A stretch of 54,383 bases of DNA from Candidatus Anstonellales archaeon (lineage in GTDB: Archaea; Micrarchaeota; Micrarchaeia; Anstonellales; J096): NCBI GenBank assembly GCA_038740615.1, contig JAVYLQ010000002.1, positions 1-54,383 on the forward strand. The letters are read 5' to 3'. This document shows positions 35,242 to 44,714 of the stretch, piece by piece (the stretch's first letter is position 1; the number at the start of each line of letters is the position of its first letter). The position numbers were made by a program, and so were the translations under genes. Under the pieces are notes generated by a model. The model was not told the origin of the DNA. It worked only from the letters and a program-made list of their open reading frames with translations, and ran no database searches.

Positions 35242-36850
35242 ATATATACTCATTCTCCCTGTCTTTTATTACATAACCCAATCTATTCAGATAGAGTCGA
35301 TCATTGTTGTAATATTTATCTGATATAACTCCTTCGATGATTTCCATGGAATTAGGATTGAGTTCTTCTTCCCCTAAAAACAATTCTCTAGGAATTTTTA
35401 CTCTTATGGTTTGAGGTTTCTCCACCCAATCTGTGACAGGTAATTGATTATCAGAAGTATAGCTTACAAAAATACCATTAACGTTCTTGACAACTCCTAG
35501 GCCTCTAAGATTCAGAATATCGGAATATTCTTTTTCATCAATATAGAGAGTTCCTTCCCAGAGAAATCTCTCCCCCTCTCTTTCTATTACTATCTTTGTG
35601 GATATTCTCCTTGGATTCTTTATGAATGGAATTTTAGGAATATCTTTCATTTTCCTATCCATTATTTCTCGATTTATATTTAGCAACATATCCCAATCTA
35701 CTTCAGTCTCCTGTTTACCTGGACCGAATCTAGATATGAATTCTTTTATAGCTGCAGGCAATATTCCTCTTCTTCTAAGAGCCCTAACTGTAGTTAGTCT
35801 AGGATCATCCCAACCATCTACTATACCTCTCTCCACAAGTTCTCTAATTTTTCTCTTAGATGTAATACTACCCCTAATCTCCAATCTGGAGAAATGTATC
35901 AGGATTATATCTCTCAATCCTAAATCTCTTAAGATAGAATGATATAGCTCAGTTCTTAGTTCATACTCTTTGGATCTTAGAGCATGAGATACCATCTGAA
36001 TACTATCTAGAATAGGTGTGGCAAAATCGTAAGTTGGCCAGAACTTATACTTAGTCTTGTGTCTATAATGTGGATGATTCACCACTCGGAACATGGTTGG
36101 ATCTCTCATGACAGTATTACTTGATGTCAGATCTCCTTTATATAGTGCAACAATCTCCCCCTCGTCATAATCTCCATTAACAGCTGCTCTGAACATTTCT
36201 AGATTCTCCTCTATACTATTGTTTCTTTCTGATACGGGAATTCCCTCTCTTCTCATCTTAGATATTTCCTCCTGACTAGCTAGAGTGAGATACATCCTAT
36301 CTGCAGCTATCAATTTCTCCGCGTATTTATACAGAATATCCATATAATCTGAGGAATGTGTGATATCTGAAAATTTGATCTTTAGCCACTCTAAATCTTC
36401 TATCATAGCTCTTTCAAACTCCTCAGATACCTTTTCTGGATTGGTGTCATCAAATCTTAATATCAATTTCCCAGAATACTTTTCTAAGTAGAAGGTGTTT
36501 AGAAAAACAGATTTACAATGCCCTATATGCATATATCCAGAGGGTTCAGGGGCAAATCTTAGCACGATATAGCTAGGATCATTAGGTAATAAGTATCTCT
36601 TCTCATTTCTCATATATTCTTGATAGTTATATTGAGCCAATTCTTTCTCTGCTTCCCCTAGATCCATGTTGTTAACAGAATTAATTATGTTATTGAGTAT
36701 TGGTATGATCTCTTTTACTCTTGTTTTTAGCTCTGGATGTTCATATAGAACCCAACTCACCGTGGATTTAAGATCAGCTTTACCATAGTCTATTCTATTC
36801 TTGAGTGCCTGTTTTCTAAAATCATTATAATATTTCTCTAAATCATCCAT
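35231..36850 (-). CDS. gltX: glutamyl-tRNA synthetase
   Basis: Class I HIGH region PEPSGYMHIGHCKS, then the archaeal/eukaryal GluRS-type catalytic and anticodon-binding layout. Own CTTTTAAAT box about 28 nt upstream. Confidence 0.85.
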   Translation of the reverse strand: MDDLEKYYNDFRKQALKNRIDYGKADLKSTVSWVLYEHPELKTRVKEIIPILNNIINSVNNMDLGEAEKELAQYNYQEYMRNEKRYLLPNDPSYIVLRFAPEPSGYMHIGHCKSVFLNTFYLEKYSGKLILRFDDTNPEKVSEEFERAMIEDLEWLKIKFSDITHSSDYMDILYKYAEKLIAADRMYLTLASQEEISKMRREGIPVSERNNSIEENLEMFRAAVNGDYDEGEIVALYKGDLTSSNTVMRDPTMFRVVNHPHYRHKTKYKFWPTYDFATPILDSIQMVSHALRSKEYELRTELYHSILRDLGLRDIILIHFSRLEIRGSITSKRKIRELVERGIVDGWDDPRLTTVRALRRRGILPAAIKEFISRFGPGKQETEVDWDMLLNINREIMDRKMKDIPKIPFIKNPRRISTKIVIEREGERFLWEGTLYIDEKEYSDILNLRGLGVVKNVNGIFVSYTSDNQLPVTDWVEKPQTIRVKIPRELFLGEEELNPNSMEIIEGVISDKYYNNDRLYLNRLGYVIKDRENEYIFTC

Positions 36851-36872
36851 GCTATTTTATGGAATACTCTAT

Positions 36873-37700
36873 TTAAAAGTTCAACTCTTCATAGATCCTG
36901 TTCTTCTCCTCTTTGGGAAGTGCTACTAGGGAGAATATAAGGAGCTTGGATAGATACAGAGCCTGTTCATTATCGTAGAAAGCCAGTAATCTGAGATAAG
37001 TGCTTTTAATCAATTCTATTAATTTCTGTTTATTTTCGTCTATTTTAGTCTGTATGGCAGGTAAGTTAGTTCTATTGATAAGTTTTCTGAGTTCAATAAT
37101 TTTTCTATCTAAATAGAATATCTCTAAAAATTTCTCCCGTATGGATTTGGGTAATAGCATAGGATTATAACCTAATGGAAAACTGTAGCTGCCCAATAGA
37201 TATTCTATTATCTCCGGCTTATATTCGATATTGTTCTCTAGTGCAAATACAACAGCCTGCATTTTCATTATCCTATCCACCACATCGTCGCTATAATTGA
37301 TAGCCCTATCCACCATACTCTGAATAGCAGATTTTTCAACAACAGTCCCTTTGGATCTGAAGTAATCGTATATTAAATAAACTATCGGATCGTATTCTCC
37401 TTGAGAATATGGTTTTATGTTATGTATTAGTATCTCTATGTATTCTTTCAATTCTGGACTCTGATTGATACGTTCCAGAAGTTGATTTGCCTCCTGTATG
37501 GTTAATCTTAACTCCACGAGAATCTGAATTGCTCTTTTTATATATTCGTCATCCAAATGTCTCTGAAAAAGTTTGATATATATGATAGCTAATGATAACT
37601 TATCCTCATCAGATAGATGTTTAGCTTTTCTGAATGCATATTCTGCTAACTGTACATACCCATTTGCATATAATACTTTTGCAGCGATATTATAGATCAT
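36873..37700 (-). CDS. hypothetical all-helical protein, third gene of the SMC-like operon
   Basis: 275 aa. ATGA overlap with the stop of the Rad50-like gene. Confidence 0.55.
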   Translation of the reverse strand: MIYNIAAKVLYANGYVQLAEYAFRKAKHLSDEDKLSLAIIYIKLFQRHLDDEYIKRAIQILVELRLTIQEANQLLERINQSPELKEYIEILIHNIKPYSQGEYDPIVYLIYDYFRSKGTVVEKSAIQSMVDRAINYSDDVVDRIMKMQAVVFALENNIEYKPEIIEYLLGSYSFPLGYNPMLLPKSIREKFLEIFYLDRKIIELRKLINRTNLPAIQTKIDENKQKLIELIKSTYLRLLAFYDNEQALYLSKLLIFSLVALPKEEKNRIYEELNF

Positions 37701-39949
37701 AATAATACTTTACTATAATTTACAGATCCATCCTTGCTCTTTTCTCTGAATACTTGGATAACCTGATTCCACATCACATTATTCTTTAATCTATCATCAT
37801 GTGTTATTATTATAAATTGATCTATATGATCTAAACTCAGTCTATTGATATTGTCTACAAGATTATCTATTGAAGAATCATCTAGATTATGAGTTGGTTC
37901 ATCCAGTATTATAACTCTTAATCTCCTAGTGATTAGATTCAGAATGGCTAGTCTCAATGATAGTGCATAGATAGTTTTCTCCCCTCCACTCAATCGATCA
38001 GCAGAAACCTCATTATCTCCTATGGAGATCTTCAATTCATATCCATCAGATTTATCTACAACTATCTTTGGATCATTGTAAACCACACCTGCGTAAAGAG
38101 AATTCCAGAATAGACCCATACCTAGATTGATGTTCTGTATATATACTTGTCTATTCTTTGTCTGTAGATCTGAAATTCTATTCTTTATCTCCTCTAATTC
38201 TTTCTGCAAAGCTCTTAATATCTCCACACGCTCTATCTTCCTTTTCATATCTTCAATATCTCTTTCTAATATCTCTATAGACTTCTGGAACTCTCTGCTC
38301 TGATTAGTTAGTAGATTTATTTCTGATTTAGTACGTTTTATAGCCTCTTGTAATTCTACATATCTTTTAGACCATTCTCTGTATATTTTATCATTTATCT
38401 CTAGTGATTTGAGTGTTTGATCTATCGATTCTAAGTTTTTAACAAAATCTTCCAACTCCTGCCTCAACTCTAATAATCTTTTCTGATCTTTCTTATAAGA
38501 TTCTATATTTCCAAGTGCTCTGGATATCTCATCTCTGCGTCTCTCCAACTCTTTACCATAATCAGAAGGGATTTTGCTCATGATATCTTTAAGTTGTTCG
38601 GAGACATTATTCTTATCATTCTTCAATTTCTCCAACTCTTGCTCCAGATCATCCAATTCATTCTGGATAGAACTGATCTCGGCTTCAATCCTTTTGATAT
38701 CATTGCTAACTCTTTCCAATTCATTACCCCATCTCCTCTTCTGTTCATTATATTTAATATAAAGATATAATGCTGCTATCACAAAAGCCATAGCAAGTAA
38801 TAATGCAAGATTTATTACAAACATCCCAACTCCAAAAGCACCTACAGCTAAAATTACAGCCATTATAAAAGTTAAATTTGAGGGTTTGGACCTATTCAGT
38901 TGTTCCAACTCTTTTCTTAACCTATCTAATTCAAAATTATGCTCCCCCAAGATTCTATACAATTCTTCTCTATTTCTAAATACACTATCGTACTTCTGAT
39001 TGAGCTGATTCTGCAAATCATTCAATTTCATCGATTGATCTGTATATAACCTAAACTGTTCAATCTCCTTCTCTAGCTGCAATCGCCTCTCTTCTAATAC
39101 TTCCGGATCTTCTAACTGAATATTGCTGATTATCTGTTCCAATTTTTTAATATCCTGATTTAATCTATCTATCTTGGTTTCAGTCGCTATTTTTTTATCT
39201 CTGTATTGGATGTATTTATTGTATTTCTGTTCTATTGTTTCCTTCTGCTTAGTCATATCCTCATAATCTTTCTGCAATGATCTGAATTGTGAGTTCAACT
39301 CCTCTATTCTGGAGAGAGTGGTTTGATATCCTGATTTGAGTCTCTCCAATTCTTTCTGCTTATTTCTATAACCATCCAAATCAATCTCCGTCTGCTTTAT
39401 CTGATCTCTGATTCTATTTATGATCTTAGTTATCTTATCTATTCTATCTTGTATCTCTTCTATTCCCAATACTCTATCTATATTTAGTTTTAGCTCTTTG
39501 GGAGGCATGTTTATTAGCTGGTATATATTATCTTGAGCTCCATAGAATACATTACCAAATAATCTTTCATCTATATTCAGAATTTTAGTTATATGCCTTA
39601 GTATCTCATCATCATTTTCAGATATGAGATTTGAGTTATAATAAAGTGCAGATCTACTTGGCTTATCTCTATATAAGTTCCTAACGATTCTGAAATTCTT
39701 CCCATCAACAGAAAACTCAATCTCTACCTTTGCAGACTTCTCTCCATCCCGTATGAAATTCCTCCTATTCTGCCGATTTATTCCTCTGTAACTAGTCTTT
39801 ACTTCACCGAATAGAGCAAACACAATCCCCTCTACAATACTAGTCTTACCGGAACCATTCTTACCATGAATTAATATCTTACCATGTCTAAAAGAGATCT
39901 GTGTATCTCGGTGAGACATCCAATTCTGCAGTATCAATTTTTGTATCAT
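37697..39949 (-). CDS. Rad50/SbcC/SMC-like ABC ATPase with central transmembrane hairpin
   Basis: Walker A GKNGSGKTS, signature LSGGEKT, Walker B VIILDEPTHNLD and H-loop IIITHD. Coiled-coil arms of about 200 aa flank residues 358-398, NLTFIMAVILAVGAFGVGMFVINLALLLAMAFVIAALYLYI. The protein contains no cysteine. Confidence 0.8.
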   Translation of the reverse strand: MIQKLILQNWMSHRDTQISFRHGKILIHGKNGSGKTSIVEGIVFALFGEVKTSYRGINRQNRRNFIRDGEKSAKVEIEFSVDGKNFRIVRNLYRDKPSRSALYYNSNLISENDDEILRHITKILNIDERLFGNVFYGAQDNIYQLINMPPKELKLNIDRVLGIEEIQDRIDKITKIINRIRDQIKQTEIDLDGYRNKQKELERLKSGYQTTLSRIEELNSQFRSLQKDYEDMTKQKETIEQKYNKYIQYRDKKIATETKIDRLNQDIKKLEQIISNIQLEDPEVLEERRLQLEKEIEQFRLYTDQSMKLNDLQNQLNQKYDSVFRNREELYRILGEHNFELDRLRKELEQLNRSKPSNLTFIMAVILAVGAFGVGMFVINLALLLAMAFVIAALYLYIKYNEQKRRWGNELERVSNDIKRIEAEISSIQNELDDLEQELEKLKNDKNNVSEQLKDIMSKIPSDYGKELERRRDEISRALGNIESYKKDQKRLLELRQELEDFVKNLESIDQTLKSLEINDKIYREWSKRYVELQEAIKRTKSEINLLTNQSREFQKSIEILERDIEDMKRKIERVEILRALQKELEEIKNRISDLQTKNRQVYIQNINLGMGLFWNSLYAGVVYNDPKIVVDKSDGYELKISIGDNEVSADRLSGGEKTIYALSLRLAILNLITRRLRVIILDEPTHNLDDSSIDNLVDNINRLSLDHIDQFIIITHDDRLKNNVMWNQVIQVFREKSKDGSVNYSKVLL

Positions 39950-40683
39950 ATTTTTCTAATTGATAGGGAAAACTTATTAAAATATAAATTAGCCCCTAGA
40001 ATCACAAGGAATGGTACTATTATAAATATGTTTATTACCAACATAATAATTCTAACAATATCCAATGGAAATACTAGGCCAAATATGAAGATTAGAATTA
40101 GATTTATAATCAAGCCTATAGCAGAATACATAATCGGATAGATTGCTAGCTCTTTTCTAAAAATATATAGTTTCTTAATTGCTCTGTCAAAATCGACTTC
40201 TTCTATAACAATAGCATATGGTATAAATAGGAATATATAGCTGATTAGGAAGAATATTATTGAGAGTAACATAGGATCCCATGCATTTACATACCATAAT
40301 ACTGAGAGATTGAACTGTATCAGAAACCAGATTATAAATATCTTATAGACTTCTGGAAAACTAGAGATGATGTTTTTTATAAACACACTTGGGTGTATTC
40401 TATCGGCTCTGTATTCTTTGGTAGCTACTGTTAATATAATCAGGGATAGAGTATAGAGTGCAATAACGATCAGAAAAGAGAATAGTGCAAATATGAACTC
40501 GAGTAGATTTATTTCAGTTATTTTAGATATACGTAGGAATATTCCTGTAACAGAAATATATATGTAATCTTGAAAGGTCAATATTAGAATACCTGTGACT
40601 GTAAGTATAACAAACCCTAGTAATATGATCAAATCATAAGCCTGTTTAAATATCTCTATACTACTTCTAATCTCAAATATCAT
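39946..40683 (-). CDS. polytopic membrane protein, first gene of the SMC-like operon
   Basis: About 6-7 TM helices. ATGA overlap with the Rad50-like start. ATG 40683 is preferred because an ATTTAAAAA box lies about 28 nt upstream. The track start 40755 would overlap the divergent PDO gene. Confidence 0.6.
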   Translation of the reverse strand: MIFEIRSSIEIFKQAYDLIILLGFVILTVTGILILTFQDYIYISVTGIFLRISKITEINLLEFIFALFSFLIVIALYTLSLIILTVATKEYRADRIHPSVFIKNIISSFPEVYKIFIIWFLIQFNLSVLWYVNAWDPMLLSIIFFLISYIFLFIPYAIVIEEVDFDRAIKKLYIFRKELAIYPIMYSAIGLIINLILIFIFGLVFPLDIVRIIMLVINIFIIVPFLVILGANLYFNKFSLSIRKI

Positions 40684-40727
40684 ATATATATTAAAACCTA
40701 AGTTTTTAAATATAAACAGGTGATTCC

Positions 40728-41393
40728 ATGAGAAACCTATTAGATGCAGAGACAAGAAAGATCCTAACAGATTATCTGAGCAAGATGGAGAGCGAGGTAG
40801 AGCTAGTTGTTATTTTAGATCACAATTCTCCAAATTGTGTTTACTGTAAAGATATACAACAACTGTTTACAGAACTAGCCGAATTGGATATACCTAAACT
40901 GAAGATAACTATATTTGATAAATATCATCCTGAATTTGAAAAGAGATATGGGATACGCGAATCTGATGTTCCTGCCATTGTGTTTGTGAATAATAATATA
41001 AAAGGACAGATAGTCTATAGAGGCGTTCCATCAGAACAGGAATTTAGTGTATTTATAGAGACTATATTAGAGGTATCATTGGGACACATACATATCCCTC
41101 AGGAACAAATAGAGAAATTAAATAGAATTGATAAGAAAATTAAGATAAATGTTTATGTAACTCCAACATGTCCTTACTGTCCAACAGCAGTAGCAATGGC
41201 ATTTGCAACAGCAATGGTTAATCCAAATCTCTCAGCACATGCAGTTGAGGTGACTGAATTTCAGGAAGAGGGAGCTAAATACAATATAAGAGCTGTACCT
41301 ACAATAGTTATAAACGATGGAGCAGTTAAATTTGAGGGAGCATTGCCCTTGGATCGATTTATAGCTAAGATTGAAGAAGCTGCAAAGAAATGA
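40728..41393 (+). CDS. protein disulfide oxidoreductase (two thioredoxin-fold units)
   Basis: Two CxxC sites (CVYC and CPYC) in a protein of about 220 aa, as in the PDO of hyperthermophiles. Confidence 0.8.
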   Translation: MRNLLDAETRKILTDYLSKMESEVELVVILDHNSPNCVYCKDIQQLFTELAELDIPKLKITIFDKYHPEFEKRYGIRESDVPAIVFVNNNIKGQIVYRGVPSEQEFSVFIETILEVSLGHIHIPQEQIEKLNRIDKKIKINVYVTPTCPYCPTAVAMAFATAMVNPNLSAHAVEVTEFQEEGAKYNIRAVPTIVINDGAVKFEGALPLDRFIAKIEEAAKK

Positions 41394-42430
41394 GTGATCT
41401 AGATAGTAGATTAGAACTATTCAAGAGAAGACCCACAGAAGAGATAGTTAATGAGGATCTGTTAATTGCTAAACTAGAATCAGGAAAGACACTTAAGCAT
41501 TACATAGGATTTGAAGTCTCCGGATTGATACATTTAGGTACTATATCAACATTGCTGAAAGTGAGAGACCTAAAGAGTGCTGGAGTGAATGTAAACATAT
41601 TTATAGCTGATTATCATAGTTGGATAAATCGTAAGTTTGGGGGTGATCTAGAGCTTATAAGAAAAGTATCGTCGGAGTATTTTAGACCATTTCTTGAGAT
41701 TATGGGAGTAGAGGCTAATTACATATTAGCATCAGAATTATATGATAACGATTATTGGAGATTGGTTTTGCAAATAGGTAACTCAAGTACTGTGAATAGA
41801 GTAAAGAGAACTCTTACTATTATGGGAAGAGAGGAGTCTGATAGCAATCCTGTCTCATTCTTCATATATCCCCTCATGCAGGCTGCAGATATATTCAAGT
41901 TGGAAGTGGATATCGCTCATGCAGGTATGGATCAGAGAAAGGTTCATATGTTAGCAGTAGATGTTGCAGAGAAGATAAATAGAGAGAAACCAGTGTGTTT
42001 ACATACTCATCTAATTCCTGCTCTAGATTATGATGGTAGAATGGATATAGTTGATGCAAAGATGAGTAAGAGCAAGGAGAACAGTGCTATATTTATACAT
42101 GACTCTGAGGAGGAAATACGTAGGAAGATAAATGGGGCCTATTGTCCTCCAAGAGTCCTGGAGAATAATGTTGTATACGAGATACTGAAATGGATTATAA
42201 TTAGAACGGATACAGAGCAATTTACTATACCAAGAGATATGAAATATGGAGGGGATATAACTCTAACTATGCCTGAGTTTGAGAGATTATATATTGAAGG
42301 TAAGATCCATCCGATGGATTTGAAGAGATTTGTTTCAGATAGTTTGATAAGAATGCTCGAACCTGCTAGAAAATTAACTGAACAGAAAATGGATCTGGTA
42401 AATTTTGTAAAATTATCTAGAACTAGATAA
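41390..42430 (+). CDS. tyrS: tyrosyl-tRNA synthetase
   Basis: GFEVSGLIHLG (HIGH region) and KMSKS followed by IFIHDSEEEIRRKINGAYCP, typical of archaeal TyrRS. Confidence 0.8.
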   Translation: MSDLDSRLELFKRRPTEEIVNEDLLIAKLESGKTLKHYIGFEVSGLIHLGTISTLLKVRDLKSAGVNVNIFIADYHSWINRKFGGDLELIRKVSSEYFRPFLEIMGVEANYILASELYDNDYWRLVLQIGNSSTVNRVKRTLTIMGREESDSNPVSFFIYPLMQAADIFKLEVDIAHAGMDQRKVHMLAVDVAEKINREKPVCLHTHLIPALDYDGRMDIVDAKMSKSKENSAIFIHDSEEEIRRKINGAYCPPRVLENNVVYEILKWIIIRTDTEQFTIPRDMKYGGDITLTMPEFERLYIEGKIHPMDLKRFVSDSLIRMLEPARKLTEQKMDLVNFVKLSRTR

Positions 42431-42433
42431 AGG

Positions 42434-42442
42434 TTTTAAAAA
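42434..42442 (+). promoter_or_regulatory. TATA-like box TTTTAAAAA for rps19e
   Basis: Spans -31..-23 relative to the ATG at 42465. Confidence 0.45.
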
Positions 42443-42464
42443 CTATTATAATTTTTTAATTAAC

Positions 42465-42875
42465 ATGCACGTACACCAAATAAGAGCAGATGTATTCATA
42501 AGAAAACTTGCTGATCGATTGAAAAACGAATTACCCAAACCTGAATGGGTTGATTATGTGAAGGCTGGGGTATATGCAGAAAGACCTCCTGAACAGGAGG
42601 ATTTCTGGTGGATCAGGGCTGCGGCCATAATGCGAAAACTCTATTTACATGGAGCTATAGGTGTATCTAGATTGAGAAAAATGTATGGTAAGAGAAAGAA
42701 AAGGGGAGTTAAGCCAGAGCACAAATATCCTGCTGGAGGAAAATTGATTAGAAACATCCTTCAGGGTTTGGAGAGACTAGGATATGTGAGAAAAGTTCAG
42801 AAAGGTAGAGAATTGACTGGCAAGGGAAGAGCTCTATTGGATTCTCTTGCTAAGGAATATGGATCAGGACAATAA
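42465..42875 (+). CDS. rps19e: 30S ribosomal protein S19e
   Basis: EWVDYVKAGVYAERPPEQEDFWWIRAAAIMRKLY...GRELT.KGRALLD is typical S19e. Confidence 0.9.
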   Translation: MHVHQIRADVFIRKLADRLKNELPKPEWVDYVKAGVYAERPPEQEDFWWIRAAAIMRKLYLHGAIGVSRLRKMYGKRKKRGVKPEHKYPAGGKLIRNILQGLERLGYVRKVQKGRELTGKGRALLDSLAKEYGSGQ

Positions 42876-43137
42876 ACCAAAACAGGAACCCAGGGACAAG
42901 GAAGAAGAGATAAAGAGATTGTTATCAATTGCCCTTACTCCTGAGGCATATACGAGATTGATGAATGTTAGAATTGCCAATCCTGAATTTTTTCAACAGG
43001 CCGCATCTGTTGTGTTACAAATCTTCTCCAGATATGGAAGAAAGGTGGATGAGCAGAGTTTGATAGATATCCTTAGAAAACTCAAGGAAAGATCTGATAG
43101 TAATAAGGGCGGAAACATAATCATACGGAGGAAGTGA
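42859..43137 (+). CDS. PDCD5/TFAR19-like DNA-binding protein
   Basis: LLSIALTPEAYTRLMNVRIANPEFFQQAASVVLQ matches the archaeal PDCD5 homolog that commonly follows rps19e. Confidence 0.7.
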   Translation: MDQDNKPKQEPRDKEEEIKRLLSIALTPEAYTRLMNVRIANPEFFQQAASVVLQIFSRYGRKVDEQSLIDILRKLKERSDSNKGGNIIIRRK

Positions 43138-43140
43138 TAA

Positions 43141-43151
43141 TTTTTTAAAAA
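43141..43151 (+). promoter_or_regulatory. TATA-like box TTTTTTAAAAA for the six-gene membrane operon
   Basis: Spans -34..-24 relative to the ATG at 43175. None of the five downstream junctions has room for a separate box: 1-nt spacers or overlaps. Confidence 0.45.
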
Positions 43152-43174
43152 GTGTTTAAATAATATAAAAACAG

Positions 43175-44713
43175 ATGGGAATTATCGATATCATAACCAG
43201 AAATTTATTCATGCTGGCTCTAGGTCTGGGAATAGGCCTAGCTATAGCTATTTTGATATACTTCTACAATCTGATATTCAAGAAAGATCAGGCTAAATCC
43301 TTAGATGCAGTTAAAGATGTTATTATAGTTGTTTTCTATCTAGTATTACTATTTGCAATTGATCTTGCATATAATCTATTCCTATCGGCATGGTTAGGTA
43401 TCCCTGTAAGTCCGGGTGATAATCTGAGGATTGCTGAGGCAGTAATCTACAAAGATATCGATAAATTCAGGGAGACTCTGATGTATATATATGTAGCGGA
43501 TTTTGTGATTAATCTCTTTGGATCATTTTCAGCACATTTACATGCAGCAATAAACCCAGAGATGACCAAGTTGCAAGGATTATCCCCCCTAAATAGAGTA
43601 ATGGAAGGTATGACTTCATTATTGGGGAAGGCTAGTTTGGATCCTTACAAGGCAGAGATGGGGATTGATTATTTCTATAAGATGAATTCTGCAATACAAC
43701 TGCTCTACAATGCTTCATATGGTCTGTTCCTAGTTCTTGTATATAAATACATCAAACTCACAGTTATAACCTACTTACCTCTAATCATGTCCATCTTTAT
43801 TCCTCTAGGTCTAGTTCTAATATTCATACCTATTACTAGAAAGGTAGGAATGACTATTGTTGGATTGGCAGTAACACTTTACTATCTCTTCCCAGTGTTT
43901 ATAATATATTCAGACACTGTTCTTAGGAATATGCCCGATTTTGATCACAGATATATTTCAGCGTATATCTCTCCTACTATAGTAGAGTTTTTGGATAAGA
44001 GTTCAGGATCTAATCCTGCCACAAGAGTAGGTTATAAGTACGCATTTATAGAGAGAGAACAGGCAATACAGAGATCTCTGGATTATATATTCTTAGAACA
44101 GGATAGGAGCAACATCATGGAGCCGGATCAGAACAATCCTGTAGGGAAGCTGGAGAAAGAAGGAGTAGGTGTGTTTCATATATATTCATTTGTAGATGCA
44201 CAATCAGTATGTGACCCAGGGACTAATGACAGAGAAGTTTGTAGAGAATATCAAACAGCTAACATTGGTGACTACAGATCGGAGAATGTATTAGCTCCTC
44301 TTGGATCTCTGTATGCAAATACAGTAAAATACTCTGCCATAGTTAGAGTAGGAACTGCTATCAAAGAGGTTATATCCACAGTATCTATAACAGCCTCTCT
44401 AAATCCGTTTGCAGTTGCACTGATAAATATACTTGGAATGGCTATTAATATGTTCCTGTTTGCAATCCAAATAACCCAGGTGTTACCTATCCCTGGATTG
44501 AGCCAAATCCTATATGGAGCTCTAAATATCCCATTCTTACCATTTCTGATGTTTAGAACTGCATTAGAAGCAGCATTGATAGCCTACAAGATAATTATAT
44601 ATGGATCTATTACTATCTTTTTAGATATCTTCCTGATTATCACTGGATATAGGGCAGTAGCATCTATAATAGGAGCTGAGCAGAGAATACTAGGTTTGGA
44701 GAAGGTGCTGTAG
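43175..44713 (+). CDS. polytopic membrane protein, paralog 1 of 6 (unassigned family)
   Basis: 512 aa. Core motif PLGLVLIFIPITRKVGMTIVGLAVTLYYLFPVFIIY. Loop of about 130 aa with C-x9-C. C-terminus ...GAEQRILGLEKVL. Confidence 0.75.
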   Translation: MGIIDIITRNLFMLALGLGIGLAIAILIYFYNLIFKKDQAKSLDAVKDVIIVVFYLVLLFAIDLAYNLFLSAWLGIPVSPGDNLRIAEAVIYKDIDKFRETLMYIYVADFVINLFGSFSAHLHAAINPEMTKLQGLSPLNRVMEGMTSLLGKASLDPYKAEMGIDYFYKMNSAIQLLYNASYGLFLVLVYKYIKLTVITYLPLIMSIFIPLGLVLIFIPITRKVGMTIVGLAVTLYYLFPVFIIYSDTVLRNMPDFDHRYISAYISPTIVEFLDKSSGSNPATRVGYKYAFIEREQAIQRSLDYIFLEQDRSNIMEPDQNNPVGKLEKEGVGVFHIYSFVDAQSVCDPGTNDREVCREYQTANIGDYRSENVLAPLGSLYANTVKYSAIVRVGTAIKEVISTVSITASLNPFAVALINILGMAINMFLFAIQITQVLPIPGLSQILYGALNIPFLPFLMFRTALEAALIAYKIIIYGSITIFLDIFLIITGYRAVASIIGAEQRILGLEKVL

Positions 44714-44714
44714 A

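Noticed and set aside
36850-36873. gltX considered as the fourth gene of the Rad50-like operon
   Set aside because: A CTTTTAAAT box overlapping the stop of the 275-aa gene sits about 28 nt upstream of the gltX ATG. This suggests an independent leaderless promoter, so gltX is probably adjacent only because the genome is compact.
40703-40711. TTTTTAAAT box considered as the promoter of the PDO gene (ATG 40728)
   Set aside because: It lies only about 17-25 nt from the ATG, and an AGGTGA Shine-Dalgarno sits in between. The spacing fits the divergent membrane gene (start 40683) better, so the PDO promoter remains unassigned.
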